64,000 bases of DNA from Phoronis australis (Eukaryota > Animalia > Phoronida), in NCBI GenBank assembly GCA_002633005.1, contig NMRA01000033.1:1292797-1356796 (forward strand), read 5' to 3'. Below the pieces are notes generated by a model, which saw only the letters and a program-made list of their open reading frames with translations, was not told the DNA's origin and made no database searches. The position numbers were made by a program, and so were the translations under genes. Shown one piece after another: positions 24,801-38,900 of this stretch. Position 1 is the first letter of the stretch, and every line of letters begins with the position of its first letter.

Positions 24801-25392
24801 CGCCACTTAAGCATGGCGCAGACGAAAAGCAACGCGCTCAGCCGGCCAGCTACTTCATGGGACAGTAAGCCAAGAACATTGCTCGTTACTGGTTACTTGT
24901 AAACAAGTGAAAGTGCAGTTTGGCAAGCTCATTCTGCTTGGCTTACTGGCACTTCACACATCTCATAGATGGCGTTGATCTCCGTCTTCGTCTGCGTTTT
25001 GCATCACGAGCAATGTTGATTGTTGTGTTGAGTTGCTGACTTTCAGTTGTGAGAATGGTGATGATATGAAGAACTCAGCTAAGTACGCTTTTATACGTAC
25101 CGGGGGTAGGGGTAGTTAGAGGCAGCCCCCATAAAGGGACCAGAAGAAGATTATCTTTTGAATCGCTGTGTAGTCTATGAGTTTCCTCAAAAAATGCAGC
25201 TTTTAAGCTGCACTAAAAGTGGTGGCCTAATTGTAAAACTGGTGGGCGGCCGGAGACACGAAATCAGTGTTTTCGGTGGAGAGAGGGACATGGTTGGTGA
25301 CCACAGGTGCGTTTAAGTGCTATTTGGTCCCCACGCCCTCCTTCTCCCCTCCCCCACTGTGCTAATGGAAAACGCACGTAATGCTCTTTCAG

Positions 25393-25587
25393 AATCGGCT
25401 CGGGAGTGGTCATACTTCGGCAAGACTGGCCCAGAGTTTTGGCGCGGAGATAGCAAGAAGAAGCAGCAATCGCCCATCAACATCGAGACTGACCAAGTGG
25501 AATATCTTTCGAGTCTGGATACACCTGTGTTAACGGGATATGATGACGAGGTTGGAGCAGTTGAAATGCAAAACAACGGACATTCCG
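25393..25587 (+). CDS. Carbonic anhydrase exon (WSY...QSPINI...NNGHS)
   Basis: ctttcag acceptor, G|GTAGGT donor. An in-frame ATG at 25365 is an alternative start. Confidence 0.85.
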
Positions 25588-28500
25588 GTAGGTATGAGAA
25601 ATTCTCAAAAACTTGTAAAGAAAGGTTATAATACTGTACATTTGAAGTCTTTTCAATTATATAAATTGAAAGAATGCCGACAATTCCTAGATGTTACATT
25701 CGGGGGGAACACAGTCGTTTTTAGTTTGACGTATTTGATGTAATTACCCAATCATCGGCTGGCGAGACCGTCTCGTCCTCGAGTCGACTCGCCTAGAATT
25801 GCCACCAACATATCGTGGAAATCGACAACAGCTGCATGGGGTCGCACAGAGATGGCTCAGCAAAGGGATAATTTAGGAAAACGGAAAGCACAAAAGTTGT
25901 CAAAAGCAAAAGTGGTCTCTTAGCATTGCTTTTTGTCTAATATTACAAGATGATGTCATTTTTTTCGTCTGAAAATACCGCATCTGTGGAGATAATTTGA
26001 TCCGATCTAAGTAGGACAATACGCTAGTTTTGGCTTACGGAAGTAAGTGTTAGTTTCTGGCATTGTGGGGGCACACTACAGTTACAACAGGCTTTTGGTT
26101 AGCGACATACACCGAAGTACAGGTGGGACATTTCCTCACGTGCTAATCGAGAGTCTGAGAAAAACAAAGGGTTTGTAGCATTCCCAACTCACAAGCACTA
26201 CTCGTGACAACTGAAACTTACGCCACAGATTTTTAACCGGTTAATTCGCATCGGCAAAAAATCCCGGCACACAAAAATATTACCAAAAACATCAAATTTG
26301 ACAGTTTTCTCCCCAAAATTGCCACTTCCCTGTAAGTACTAGGAAAAACCCGACTACAGATTCAGAATGCTCGCACTCTATAGATTCTAAAATTGTGGTC
26401 ATATTAGGCCCCTTACCAGCTACTTTTTTGGCCATTTTGATATGTCTGACAGCCACCTGAAATCGCACCCGGTTTGTCGGACATCAGGCGACAGGGGTTG
26501 AAAGCAAACGACAGCCACCGCTTTGCATCAAAAGAAGGTCACAGCTAAAAAAAACTTGGATTTTCTCATTCAGAAACAAAAGTAAATCAGTTTCCTGGCA
26601 TTTGTTTTCAACAAATTCCTCGAACAACCAGCCAAACCTGACATACCCCAGCATATGAATTCTAGAGACTAGAAAATGCCCCGTGGCTGCAGCCGAACTG
26701 TTCAGTGCCACCTTGATACCAGCTATTATACTTCAAAAATACACGGAAGGCAAAATTTTAGTTCAGTAATAATTAAGCCGCTCTCTACATTTTCAGTGTC
26801 GATCAAACTTCCAGAAAAAACTATTTCCGGACGAGAATTAATGTTGAAGCTGCCGACAGTAGACGAGAACTTTTGGGCTCACTCGTTTCATTTCCACTGG
26901 GGAACCAGGCCCAGCTGTGGCTCCGAACACACTGTTGATGGCAAATGTTACCCTATGGAGGTTAGTTAATCACGTGACTCAGTAGTAAAAGCCGCGCGTA
27001 ATAGCTACATACTCTAGCTGCGGAATATCGCGAAGCACGCAGTCGTAAGCTATGTTTTGCGGATTGTACTTCTTATAAACTAGAATATATAAACTGTGTG
27101 ACTTTAACAGGCTTCTTATCAGTCTTCTTATCTTTTGTTTAATTAAGTCAATTGATAATTTTCTTTGCTCGAAGGTTATTTCCCAGAAACTGAGCCCGTG
27201 TTCAGAATTCACGTGACCTTGATATTGATATGCTTATTGCCGTAAGCAATGACCAACAATGTGACATGAGATCTCTGTAATTTGAAATGGAAATTTAATC
27301 AGGTCGATCTGGATTAGAATCGCATGTATCAAATAGGAAAATTAGGGTTACTGGTGAATTACAAGTTCTCGATTTGCAGTAGTCCAGAACTTGGCAGATA
27401 CATGTACGTTTGTTGTTTTCTGATACACGATTTTTTTTCGAAATTTACCTTAGTTATAGTCTAAATTTAACGATTATTGCATGAACATGGAAAAATAGAT
27501 TAATGCATTTCTTAGTATGTTTGAAATTGATATCTTTTTCACCGTTATTGTGATTACAAAGCTTCACAAATTTATCGGACAAGTCATGGGCGGCGCAGCA
27601 CCGAAAAAACTGGGACTATAGTCCCCCAGCCCCCCTGTGGTGCACCGCCCTTAAACCATGACCGGCGCAGCACTGAAAAAAGTGGGGCTATACCCCCCAG
27701 CTTCCTATGGTGCGCCGCCCATGCAAGTGGTTTCCAATTCTCGGTTTCCACTTTAGCTGAAGCTCTTTTGAATGTCTCCCGCTTACGTTTTCGTAATCAA
27801 CTAAAGACTTGTTACCGTTGCGTTTTATAGCTGCACATTGTCCACGTTAATAGCAAATACGAGTCGCTGGAATCTGCCGTGAACTACCCTGAAGGACTTG
27901 CTGTGCTCGGCTTCTTTTACGAAGAAACTCGAGAAGACAATGAAAGTTACAAAAAACTGATTGACAACTTTAAAGAGATATCCGAAGAAGGTATTTGCAG
28001 ATCGTTGGCATATTCGTTCTGCATTCGCTCTTCACACTGATACGAATCGCACCTGAGCTAGGATTGTAATTACCTTGGGACATTATCGTTCTGTATACGT
28101 TATCAGGTGGAGTATTCCCATTTTCATCTTCGTCATAGTACATCTTATAATTATTACCATCGTCTTTGCCCTAGTCATGATCATCACCATCTTTTCTTTT
28201 TCTTCATCTTCATCAACGTGGCCTCGACATCACCTTGATCATCATCAACTACCGTTTTGTTTTTATCACAAGAAATAAACTCACTATTACTACGTGACCC
28301 TCATCCTCTTCATCATCAATCATCATATGGTTATTACCATGTTCATCACCATCATCATCAATCGTCATCATCATCATCATCATCATTATTGCTATCATCT
28401 CCCTCATCATCATCATCACCACCATCATCAAAGTCATTATGAATAGCATGTCATTATCATAGCTTACGCAATCTCCATCATTATTAATAACAACAACAGG

Positions 28501-29709
28501 AGTAGCAACGGTAGCATAATTTGCCATCATCGTCTTTATCGTTGTCTTCGTCACACCAAAGACAGTACAATTGCAATCACAAGGGCTCCTCCATTTTAAT
28601 CACAGAATGCCATTCTCCTGGGAAACAGGATTGTATTGGCAGATTGGGTGCTTGTGAAAAACAAAACCGCGACATTTGTCTCTTGTCTTGTTTTTACTTA
28701 TAACGACATTTGTTTTGTCGACAAGGACAGTAAGTCTATCAATGGATTTTGAAAATGTACTGATAGATTTACTATTTCTATTGAATATTATCTTCACTGA
28801 CAGACCTGCAATCTTTTCCGATAAAGTTTGAAAGTCTATTGATGCCGTGTGCTATCTCTATCGGTTTCCTTTTACTCCACCAATAGACTTAATTTAAATG
28901 TATCACGAAATATAACAGAGGACATCATAGACCACCGCTAGTGTTATGTTTGTTAACTTCATCAACTGAGCTGATACTTTTATCGATAGTCTTAAACTTA
29001 CTATATCCATCGATAGATTTTTTTATTCCTATCACCAGATTTACAGTCCCCACCCGCTGAATTACCATGTCCATCGATAGAGAGGAGCAGTTAGAAAAAG
29101 TCCTGTGCGTCGTTTTACAGTCACCGTACATAGTCTCCAAATGTCACACACTAATTATTAGTAATTTATTAACAGGTTCTTCGACGGCCATACGTGGTTT
29201 CACGCTCACGGATTTACTTGCGGACGCAGATCTCACAAAATACTATCGTTATCACGGGAGTCTCACGACACCACCTTGCTCGGAAGCTGTCACGTGGACT
29301 GTGTTTAGAGACGCAATTCCAATAGGTGCAAAACAGGTATGGTGTTGTTTGTTGTTATACGATGGCGAATTACAGGTTGTGAAGAGTATCAACAGACGTG
29401 TCAAAATGGCACAAGTTGTAAAGCATAACTTCAAACCATTGTGCATTTGCTATTATAGAAACTGTTAGAATGATGGCATCGAACAATAGATAATGTAAAT
29501 ATATTGACCTGATATATACAATTAATAATGTTCTAATATCTAAGTGCTTGTTTAACTCTTTGAAGTGTTGATTCCGTGTCCTTTCTTTTTCAAAGATGGC
29601 CGCTTTTCGTCAAACAATATGCCTCGCCAAGGAGATGCAGAACAACTTCCGACCCGTTCAACCACTCAATGGTAGACGAGTGTACGCCAGTTTTCAAAAG
29701 GAACAGTGA
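25393..29709 (+). CDS. Alpha-carbonic anhydrase gene (5 identified exons; 5' end uncertain)
   Basis: Exons 25393-25587, 26797-26960, 27831-27990, 29176-29336 and 29596-29709, all GT-AG and phase-consistent. Motifs: WSY, QSPINI, NNGHS, FHFHWG, GSEH, MELHIVH, GLAVLGFF, YYRYHGSLTTPPCSEAVTW, NFRPVQPLNGR. Confidence 0.92.
25810..26045 (+). repeat. Dispersed repeat, second copy at about 53315-53552
   Basis: Shared TCGTGGAAATCG, TATTACAAGA, TTTTTCGTCTGAAAATAC, GGAGATAAT-TGATC and GGCTTACG-AAGT in the same order. Confidence 0.7.
26143..26665 (+). repeat. ~520-bp dispersed repeat, copy 1 (CA intron)
   Basis: Colinear with 37014-37540, e.g. ATCGAGAGTCTGA, TTTGACAGTTTTCTCCCCAAA, GTCTGACAGCCACCTGAAATCGCACC. 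Confidence 0.85.
26797..26960 (+). CDS. Carbonic anhydrase exon (HFHW, GSEH)
   Basis: ttttcag acceptor, GTTAGT donor. Carries two zinc-ligand histidines. Confidence 0.92.
27585..27723 (+). mobile_element. Mini-MITE, two internal units, 5-bp TSD
   Basis: TIR CATGGGCGGCGCA / TGCGCCGCCCATG. TSD CAAGT on both sides. Confidence 0.88.
27831..27990 (+). CDS. Carbonic anhydrase exon (LHIVH, GLAVLGFF)
   Basis: ttttatag acceptor, GTATTT donor. Carries the third zinc-ligand histidine. Too short for the ORF track. Confidence 0.92.
28120..28555. repeat. Degenerate (CAT)n low-complexity tract
   Basis: Directly visible CATCATCAT arrays in a CA intron. Confidence 0.9.
29176..29336 (+). CDS. Carbonic anhydrase exon (GSLTTPPC)
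   Basis: taacag acceptor, GTATGG donor. Confidence 0.92.
29596..29709 (+). CDS. Carbonic anhydrase last exon
   Basis: ttcaaag acceptor. MAAFRQTICLAKEMQNNFRPVQPLNGRRVYASFQKEQ*. Confidence 0.9.
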   Translation: MAAFRQTICLAKEMQNNFRPVQPLNGRRVYASFQKEQ

Positions 29710-30899
29710 CTGTAACGGTGCTTTTGTGACATCACCTACAATATCACAGTTGCAACTGCAGTGCTGGTGGCATCATGTTGATTATATTTCAAAGTTTGTT
29801 ATGGCCTTGATGGTATATTTTAGAATCGCGTGTAGTGAAACAGCAGGGTAACAGGAATCGAAGCAATGACATAAGGACACATTTTTGCCGGGCTAAGTTC
29901 CGTAGACTCGTCAAGAATCTTGCGAAGGTGTAGCACGATCAGGTGTTTTGCTTGTGATGCATGGCGACTTCCCGGTATGTCGTGCGTGGTCTTTCGTTTT
30001 CGCGAGGCTCTCGCGTTTACGGAACTCAGTACTGGTTCGCTGCACGTCTATTGCCAAATTGCTAAATTTCACTAAAAGTGCATGGTTACGTAATCCAATT
30101 AATGTTGTGTTGGTAAAAGGTGCAAAGTCAAATTCTACAGGCTTGCTACTTTCAGAAAGTTTATACTTTTATTGAAATGATAGATATCCCGCTCAATACG
30201 CAGACTTGCCAATAGAATCCTACATCATCTCAAACCCTCAAAACGCTTCGGTCAAGAATTCAACATTGACAACGAAATGCAACTTCAATTTATAGCTCCA
30301 AACTAAGGTAAAACAAGTTCCATGTAGTTTTTTAACACTCCAAACTAACCGTCCATGAGCTGATAATTGTCTAAATCGCAATTTGCGTGGACGAATAATA
30401 ATCCAAAATCAACATTTATGCTGAAGACGACATTACATTTATGTATCTCAAGTCTCATGACTAAAGACAAGAGACATGTTTCATGAAAAGTGTCTTTTAG
30501 CTCAAGTCAGACATTAAATTTGTCGTAGGCTCGCACTTAGCTATTACTGAATAACACTTGCGCAATGTATCTGTTGGCCTATAACAGTCTAATCGTCTGG
30601 TTGGTCTCAGAAGCATTGTGCCTGGCTGGAGTGGGATCAAATGATTTTTGGGAAATAGTTGTCTGGAGTACGGCGAAGTTTCTAATTTCGACATATAAGT
30701 CACTTTTCACGGCATGAGCGCGTGGTTTGTGAAGCTAGAGCCTGGAAAATCCACTGAAACATTTCAATTATTTGAGTACGAGATTGTACCATAGTCACCT
30801 GTTTTTAGGAAAATGTTTTATCTAAACACCTTGTTACACTAATCCTATTTAACTGAAATAGATAACCAAAATAATCTTCACTTTAGCACACAGTATGGC

Positions 30900-32330
30900 C
30901 AACAACTGAAATTTCATTTTGAAAAGTGTTCAGCAAAAGTAAGCATTAAGAGAAATGAGCATCATTATTAGCATTGATTGCACTGTGCAGCTGCCTTCAA
31001 ACAATTTAACACATTTAACATTTTATCATCCCTAATCCAGTAGTTCAGCCTTTGAAAAATAGAGGAATGGTCATGTTGGCAATAGTTTTTGTTTGAAATT
31101 GAAAAGCCTCTTCTTTACTGTAGACCTAAAATTTCATTTGACTTCCTGTTTTAAATAGCACATAATTGGAAGAGTAAAAATTTTCCTTTGCTCAGTAACA
31201 ACTCTAATTCAAGAATCTTCAAAATGTGAGATACTCAGGGTGTCTGCACAACATTTGAATTTTCAAGATAAATAAATTACAGAACACAGGCAATATTTCC
31301 GTTATCATATTTCTCAAATTCCAAACACTGCTCATGATTTTACATAAAAGGATCTCAAAATGAACTTAGAAGTTCATAAAAAGCAGTGCTGATCTCTCGC
31401 ATGTAGGTAAAAACTACTGCAAGTACATTTGAGATTGAGACCACTATTACAAATTTATCAAGCAAAATAATTTTTGTTCAGTGACCTAAACTAAAGATTA
31501 TTTACCATAAATGACACCTTTTCAAATAAAGAATACGTAGGCGTATTTACAATTAAACGTTTGGAACTGGGATAGGTTTTCAACTTTTCTTTTATTTGTG
31601 AAGTTCCCCTGTGATGAAATTTGATTTGTGGGAAATGGTTCATTGTGGTGGCCAGACATATACGGTTAAATGTACATGTAACTGACAGTGACAATCTCCT
31701 TAATTTTCTAGTGAGTTCAACATTATTTCCATCATCAGCTTGGTCTTTTTGTTTTTTAAGAGCTCTTTCAATTTTCGTTACAGTCGTTAAGTTTCTGTAA
31801 CACTGCTTGTGAAAGACGCATGCACGCACCAAGCCTAAAAATGGGGGGCTCGAGTTTTTGAGAGTGTGGGCATTTATTAAGATTCACGGGGTACTTCAGA
31901 GCAACAAATTGTGCGTTCGTCAAATTTTGGTAGTTCCTACCTTTTTAGTGAACTTTTGTCTCATTTTCTACTTTTTCGGAGTTTTTGTTTCTCTGAGGCT
32001 GACCTTTTTACCCACTTTACCAAATGGGGGAGGCTCGTTCAAGCCCCCGAGCCCCCGACCCGTGGATGCACGCATGACAGGAGCTCTGTTTTTTTCACAA
32101 ACACTTAAAAACTTATCAGCAATGATACTTCTCTTGCACTTAATACGTTTGTTTGCAGCAGCCTTACACCAGGTAATATCTGAAAATTCCAGCTCAGAAA
32201 TTCGAGCAGAAGCTGACACATGAATGCAACAACGGGCAGACATCTTGCCAGTCGTTGAATAACTCATGGTTTCAGCAGTCCTAGCTGTCCCAAAACTGTT
32301 CTTTGCGAAACACAACTTTGATACAGGAAT
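30900..32330 (-). mobile_element. Decayed DNA transposase N-terminal region (Academ-like)
   Basis: Minus-strand fragments CCIHVS...FSDITW and FHKQCYRNLTTVTKIERALKK...LTR, later FKQKL and LKAAA. Interrupted by a MITE at 31819-32076. Family is inferred. Confidence 0.4.
31819..32076. mobile_element. MITE with CATGC ends
   Basis: CATGCACGCACC...GGATGCACGCATG with G/C-run subterminal hairpins. TSD not clean. Confidence 0.55.
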
Positions 32331-34593
32331 GTGCCAAGAATTGTTTCAGTACGATGACACTCGTGGCCACTTGATTTGGCTTTCCTCAATTTCTAACTGC
32401 TGCCTGATGGTTTTTTAGCCTTGGCCCTAGGTAATTGCCTATTACTTGCACACCCATCCAAGAATTAATTCTATCCAATGTAGTCAATAGCAGTAAACAA
32501 GCTAGTTAAGCCAGCAGGATAACTGTCCTCTGATGAAGGTTTTCATGCCAAGCAGACGACTTTTGAAGGGGAAAGGTATGGACACAATATTTTCCTGGCA
32601 TTTGGTTGGCTGTTCGGATCACTTTGTACTGACATTTGGTGGCTAACATATTAGTTGAGGTTATATTTTTTCCAACTTTTAAATTAAAATTCTTACTAAA
32701 CGTGCAAGTGTATTCTTGGGAACTTTTTTGAAATTGACTTTTTAACATTTGTAGATGGGTTTAATGCAAAGTTCCCCTTGCCCCCAGAAAGTGGCCACGG
32801 AGGTGAAAGATAGGAGAGAGCTGGGACTATGGCCTATACGCTAACCTGAGGTTAACCACAAACGGTGTGTCAAAGGTTTAGTGAAGTCAGTTCTCATCTA
32901 AAAGTAAATAAATCTGCAGTATATTCACGTGTATATGCAGTCGAAGCTGTGTCCATAACCGGAAGTATTCGCATTCGCTTACGCGCGGACCATTAGAGTA
33001 AAGCCGTGTTTAAAAGTGAACCTCCGGATATAGTCGCACCCCATTCAAATTTCTTAATTATTCTCATACGTACATGTGTTTAATTTTCAACTTCTTTTCA
33101 AACACGTAGTTTGTCTTCAGCTAAAAAAATGGTGACACAGGTTTTCCCGGGAAGGTTGATTATAGGTGATTTATGACAACCAAACGTTTCTTTAATTTTT
33201 TTCCTAAGATTACGCACTATACAGGTCTGGCTCAATTCATGATGTTCTTCTTTTGTTTACCACTTACCAATATGAAAATATTAAAGGGTAATTCCACGAC
33301 AGTTGTCCCCTCAGTTACACAAACAAAAATAGCGCGGAATACATTATCACTGAAGTCTACCGAGATGGAGACAAGGGGGCGGAGAAAAATACCGTTTAAT
33401 TGCCCTAAAACCTATTTTGCAACTGAACTGTTCTGTTCGTTCTATTAGTTACATCGAGTGATCTTATCTGAATATCTATGAAACGCGCTGTCAAACCAAG
33501 TCGCGTAAAGATGTTGAGCAAGATTATGCGCTTTTGTCGAGGACGATCCGTGTGCCACGGCAAGTCATGCGCCAATATGGAAACTTCGGGGAGTTTCACG
33601 TGTGTGCAAAACACTTGAGTAAATTTTCTTTGATTAGCACATTATTTAGGATATAGGCAGGGGGCTTAACAATGTCATAGGGCCCTGAGAACACTAGCAA
33701 TGTGCTGTGCCCCTATACCATCACGTAGGCCTACACGTGTACCGTACAGGAAAGACTTTATAACAGTGTCATCAAAATTGAACAACACAACGCTTGTGGA
33801 ACGAAAACAAAGAATCATAAATCCATTTCAACACTCCAGATGTACCGGCCAATCACTTCAGTGGCCGTCACATAAGCTCCCGAGCATATCCACGAAACAC
33901 TTGCCTTTCATTAGAGAGGCAGTGTTGCGTAGTCTTTCATGATCTTACTTTCCGCGCGTTACTCGCATCTACGGAACGCATCCCTTGTAAAACAGTTGCG
34001 AGCTAATTCTTATCAGTGAACTCGGCCTTTAAGAGATGACGTCATTGGGTTTTTTAACTCATCAACTTAATTCGGAATTTAGAGTAGGCTAAACGGTTGT
34101 TTGGCTTTCACAGATTTACCGTTTGTCAGAAGGCGTGTCGATTTAAAATGGTATTATTTTGCAGTATGGCTAGTATTGACACGAACGCGTCATTTCAACA
34201 CGAGTAAGTTTATATAATTTACATAATGTTTTTAAATTTAAACAAAACAGATTTCGGAAACTGCAGTCATCAAATTTCATGTTAGCAACAGACTGATTTG
34301 CAGCTCACTTAGGCTAACACGCTTGCCTTCAACGTTGCTTCAGGCTGATAGGACAAGAAATGGTTGTAGTCACTCACCCGTCCTACGGTTTGCATGTGTG
34401 GAAATCTAACAAGACGTAGATAAATGCGTACAATCTCTAGTTCGATCCCTACGCTAATGTTGCCAGCACCGCTGAATCTACAACATTTCGTCCCGGAGAA
34501 CGTAAACAGTTTCACTACAATGAATGAAATATAATGAAAAAGGGTTCTGCTGTTTCCAAAGACATTCAGTTGAGATGTATTGTCACTGATGTG

Positions 34594-34759
34594 TATCGCC
34601 GGCCCAATAGGTGAACGTTACGCACGTAATTGAACTGCGTAAATTAATTATTAATGATATAAATTAATTCCTTACCGCGTAAATTGTTTGCTGCGTAAAT
34701 TAATTTTTAACGGCGTCAATTAATTATTTGCGTAACGTTCACCTATTTGGCCAACGATA
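34594..34759. mobile_element. Small palindromic MITE
   Basis: TATCG..GGCCCAATAGGTGAACGTTACGCA / TGCGTAACGTTCACCTATTTGGCC..CGATA inverted arms. Confidence 0.75.
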
Positions 34760-35724
34760 AATGTGTACTTAATATGTATAACAGTAGCCAACATTCGAAC
34801 TAATAGAAAAAGCGGGACATCTGGATCCATACCAATACGCAAGGGTCAAATAACCGCCGCAACACTAAAAATCGAACGAGAAAACAGGAGTAAATAACGT
34901 GGAGAATCTCAGGCGCTAATGATGTACGTCAGTTTCGCCGCGTGTGTCAAAAAGCGGGACAGTTTGATCGTGTGGGGGATGCAGGACAACTTCAAAGACC
35001 GGGACTGCCGGCCTAAAGTGGGGCAGCTGGCAAGTATACTTCTTACAGGGTTCGCTAGTCACACAGAAATATTGAAAGTGATTGTAGGCAGGATCCTGCA
35101 TCATGTAAAATCATGTATTTAATAACACACCCATGAAAACCACACGCGAACGCAAAAACCCGATAGCTGCCTCATTTTTAAGTTCACGAGTTACAGCGTA
35201 CGTGTATAGTATGAAATTGAACTTCGCACTATAAAACGTTTTATGGCTCGTGACTTCTCTTAGGATTACCAGCAGCGGTAGTCAAGGCACTCAAAGTAAT
35301 TAAAAAAAATCATGACTTTTTTCAAAAACATTTCTAAGCTGACTGTTTTTTAATTTTGTATTAATTAGAGTCCTTTCTATCATGGGCTGAGCACCTCGCC
35401 TCGGTCATCGAGTCGTAGTGCGATATAGTGACGAGAGGTGTCAGCACTATCAAGGTCAAGAATGTCTCTTGTGTGGAAGGGGTAATCGCAGCTGTTGTCC
35501 TGCGAGGTCATCTCTCGTGTGCGTAGACTGCTTAGACAGTAAAGTTAAGTGAACTGAACGTCGGTTGTTTAATTTCTCCTTGACTTATGCTCTGATTAGT
35601 ACAGTTACTGTGTCATCTCGCATCAAACTTTCGGGCGGTTTTTTTGTCGAGTTCAGCTCGGACCACCAACCGTTGTACCCTCTGCAAGAGAAACCCACGG
35701 AATTCGAGATCTTGACTCTCAAAA

Positions 35725-35917
35725 ATGGGCTTCGTATCGAGTACCGAGCTAGTGTTGGCCTTGCTCTCGATTGTATTTTATAAATTTGCGGCGTGGCTGT
35801 GGCGGATTAAAACCAGTGGTCTCCCTCCCGGCCCTGCGCCCTTGCCTCTGATTGGCAACATGCTCCATGTGTTCCGCGGAGGAATGAATAACGTCCACAT
35901 AACGCTGGCGAAGCTGG
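35725..35917 (+). CDS. CYP exon 1 (membrane anchor, PPGP..LPLIGN)
   Basis: ATG at 35725, GTAAGT donor at 35918. Confidence 0.92.
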
Positions 35918-38900
35918 GTAAGTATATCAAATGCTTTCATCGTCTAGACTGCTGACTATCATCGGTCCGTTTAGTCCATTTCATATTGATATGTAGACCG
36001 CCCTTACTGTATTGTGTGTGCGTCAACATCGGGAGCTCATTCATTGCAGTTTGGTTTGAGTTGAACAAAACACGTAACATGTCCGTCAATGCGTGTACGT
36101 GATTGAATAGTGGCTTCAGCCTCTGATATTTTCTTTGGTAGTCGTCTTTACTTTTGACGGGTGTTCAGCAACGATAGTCTAATACAGTGCATTTAGAGAG
36201 TGAACTGAAAATTGGAGCCTTCTGTGGGAAACTTCCGTAAAAACGAAGTCTTGCTTTCGCTGATCTTTGTTTCATTCAGAAATACCACTTACCACCCCTT
36301 TTCCACCTAATTGACGTACACCTAACCCAGTTAACAGTATTTTTTGGCCAGTGTTTTCGAGATTTTATCTTGAACATTTATATCGCATGAAATTTGCTCA
36401 TGATATTGCTCCGGTTGTTTTGCTATGAATGTACCTCTCTTTTTTACTATTTTTACAAAAAAAATTAAAAGCATGATCACGTGACCTAATTAATGGCAGA
36501 TCGGTATAAAATCAAAAATCAAATTCTACGGAATTTCTGCGTTAAGAGTATAAATACTTTTGCTGAGTTAAAATTCTAGAGGTTTGTAGATATTTAGTTA
36601 AATGTACTTGAACAGTCTTGTCGGTAAGGTCCTACATGACCTTAAACCTGAAAGAGATGACTTAGCCAAAAATGAATACATCACTTGGAACCAAAGTTTT
36701 TCTGGTCTACTGGTCAGAAAAAAGCCAACTTAAGCGCGCTTCACACTTCGTGTATTTGAAATAACGATATTTCTATCAAACATGTATTACAGCCGAATTA
36801 AGTGTGGAGTCTAGGGAAACACTATAGTGTAGATGTATGCCGCCTCAGGTTAATGATAACTTGATTGCCTTCTCAAAGATACTACCTTTGTTCTCATGTC
36901 GTCTGGAGCACGTCGGGTATTTTCGTACCCTCAAATTTCCCTTCTGCGCAGGTGTCAACTTCAGCCATACAAGACATTTGGCTTTCAAGGGTTTTGACTT
37001 TGGATCTCAGGTCCTTATCGAGAGTCTGAAAAAAACAAACGGTTTTTTGGCGTTCTCAACTCAAAAGCACTACTCATTGATTACTGAAACTTAATTCCGC
37101 TACAGATTTTTAATCGGTTAATTCACACCGGGAAAAAATACCAGCACACAAAAATAGGACCAAAAAACACCAAATTTGACAGTTTTCTCCCCAAAGTTAC
37201 TACATCCCAGCAAGTGCTAAAAAAATCTGTCAACAGATTCAGAATGCTCTTACTCTCAAGCTTCTAAAAATGTGATCATAGTAGGCCCTTTACCGGCTAC
37301 TTTTTTGGCAATTTCGATCTGTCTGACAGCCACCTGAAATCGCACCTGGCTTCTCAGTCAGCAGGCGACAGAGGTTGGAAGCAAACGACAGCCACTATTT
37401 TGCATGGAAAGTAGGACATGGCTAAAAAACTTGGCTTTTCTCATTCAGAAACACAAGTAAATCAGTTTCCTGGCAATTATTTTCAACAAATTCCTCAAAC
37501 CACCCGCCAAACCTGACACACGCCTTGTCTTTAAATTCTAGGGATCAGACTAAAATACTTGAGGTATTCCCGATGCCTCACATTATTGCTGAAGAAGTGT
37601 TTCGTATCCGATGCGCAACTGCGAACTTAAACCATAAACCAAATCATGTAATTCTTGAAATGGAGATTGCCGTCTGCCATGGCTGCGTTCCGTCGGCTTA
37701 AGATTTAGAATAGCCCCCCACTTTTTCCAGTGCTGCGCCGCCAATGGTCTATAGGCGGTGCAGCACAGGGGAGCTAGGGGGCTACAGCCCCCCCCCCCCA
37801 CTTTTTTCAGTGCTGCGCCGCCCAAGGTATAATTGTTGAGACTTACAAGGCTGAAGCCATCCTTTTACCGTCTCCACCAAATCCCTCAACTCGTTAGATG
37901 ACGTGAAGCACGTGACCCGCTCTGAGTGATAATTTGAGGCTACAAAAATACCCGAGGTGTTCCAAATGCTTACCTTGTGTCACTATTGTTACTATTTTAG
38001 CTGAAGACTATGGTGAGATGTTTACATTCTACTTGGGGTCACGGCCCATGGTTGTGCTCAACACGTATGACGTAATGAGGGATGCGTTCATAACACACGG
38101 CCGATCATTTTCTGGACGGAATCAAAGCGCTGTAATGAAAGTCGTTGGAAAGCGCGGAGGTGATTTCTCTTTTCTAGTTTAGATGACGTTTCAAGTTCGT
38201 AGTCGGGTGTCAGCGCTTAGACATCAAGCAATTTCAAGAAAACAAACAGTATCTGTGTATACAGAAATGATGTTAGTTTAGGACCAAATAGTCGAGTGCA
38301 TCTGCCCGGCGTCTGGCTCAGCCAGTAAATCATTTCGCTCGTTGCCATGGTTTCTGCTGCTTTATGTGTGCATTAACCAATTCTATTTTTATCAGTCGAA
38401 TCCGAGGTCCTTGCATCTTCCGAATACTACGAGGAACTCCAGTGCTGTAGTGGGGCGCACGTAGACGCAGCCAAAAACCTTTTTACATCTTAATTGTTAA
38501 CGTAGCGCCTGCGTACAGTAAGTGACGGTATAGTGGGGCGTAGTCTTGATACAATAGCTTACGGTATCGAGGCACTGCTACGCTGACGACAGCATTGTTG
38601 CCCAATATTCCGGCGCGCGTGACCGTAACAATTATGGTGTCATATTATAGGGGGATAAAAGGGGGACTGAAGGGCTCCGAAGACACACCCCACGGGCGAC
38701 TAAAAAAGTAGCCAGCATATCGTTTCTGGGCATTACGTGCCTATTTTCCTTTAAAATGGTTTTTGGCCCCCTTTCAGAGACCGCTTGGAATGCACGCGGA
38801 CCTTTGACTACCTCTGTGTGTGGTTGGGCCCCTTTTTGCGACATCCTAGATTCGCAATTGCATACTCGAAGTAAATACCCACTCATGAGTCAAAATATAG

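Noticed and set aside
459-25393. Exon 459-552 as the signal exon of the carbonic anhydrase
   Set aside because: Direct splicing to 25393 creates T+AA = TAA stop. Exon 741-801 ends in phase 2 whereas 25393 needs phase 1.
28075-28554. His/Ser/Met-rich ORFs
   Set aside because: (CAT)n low-complexity intronic tract.
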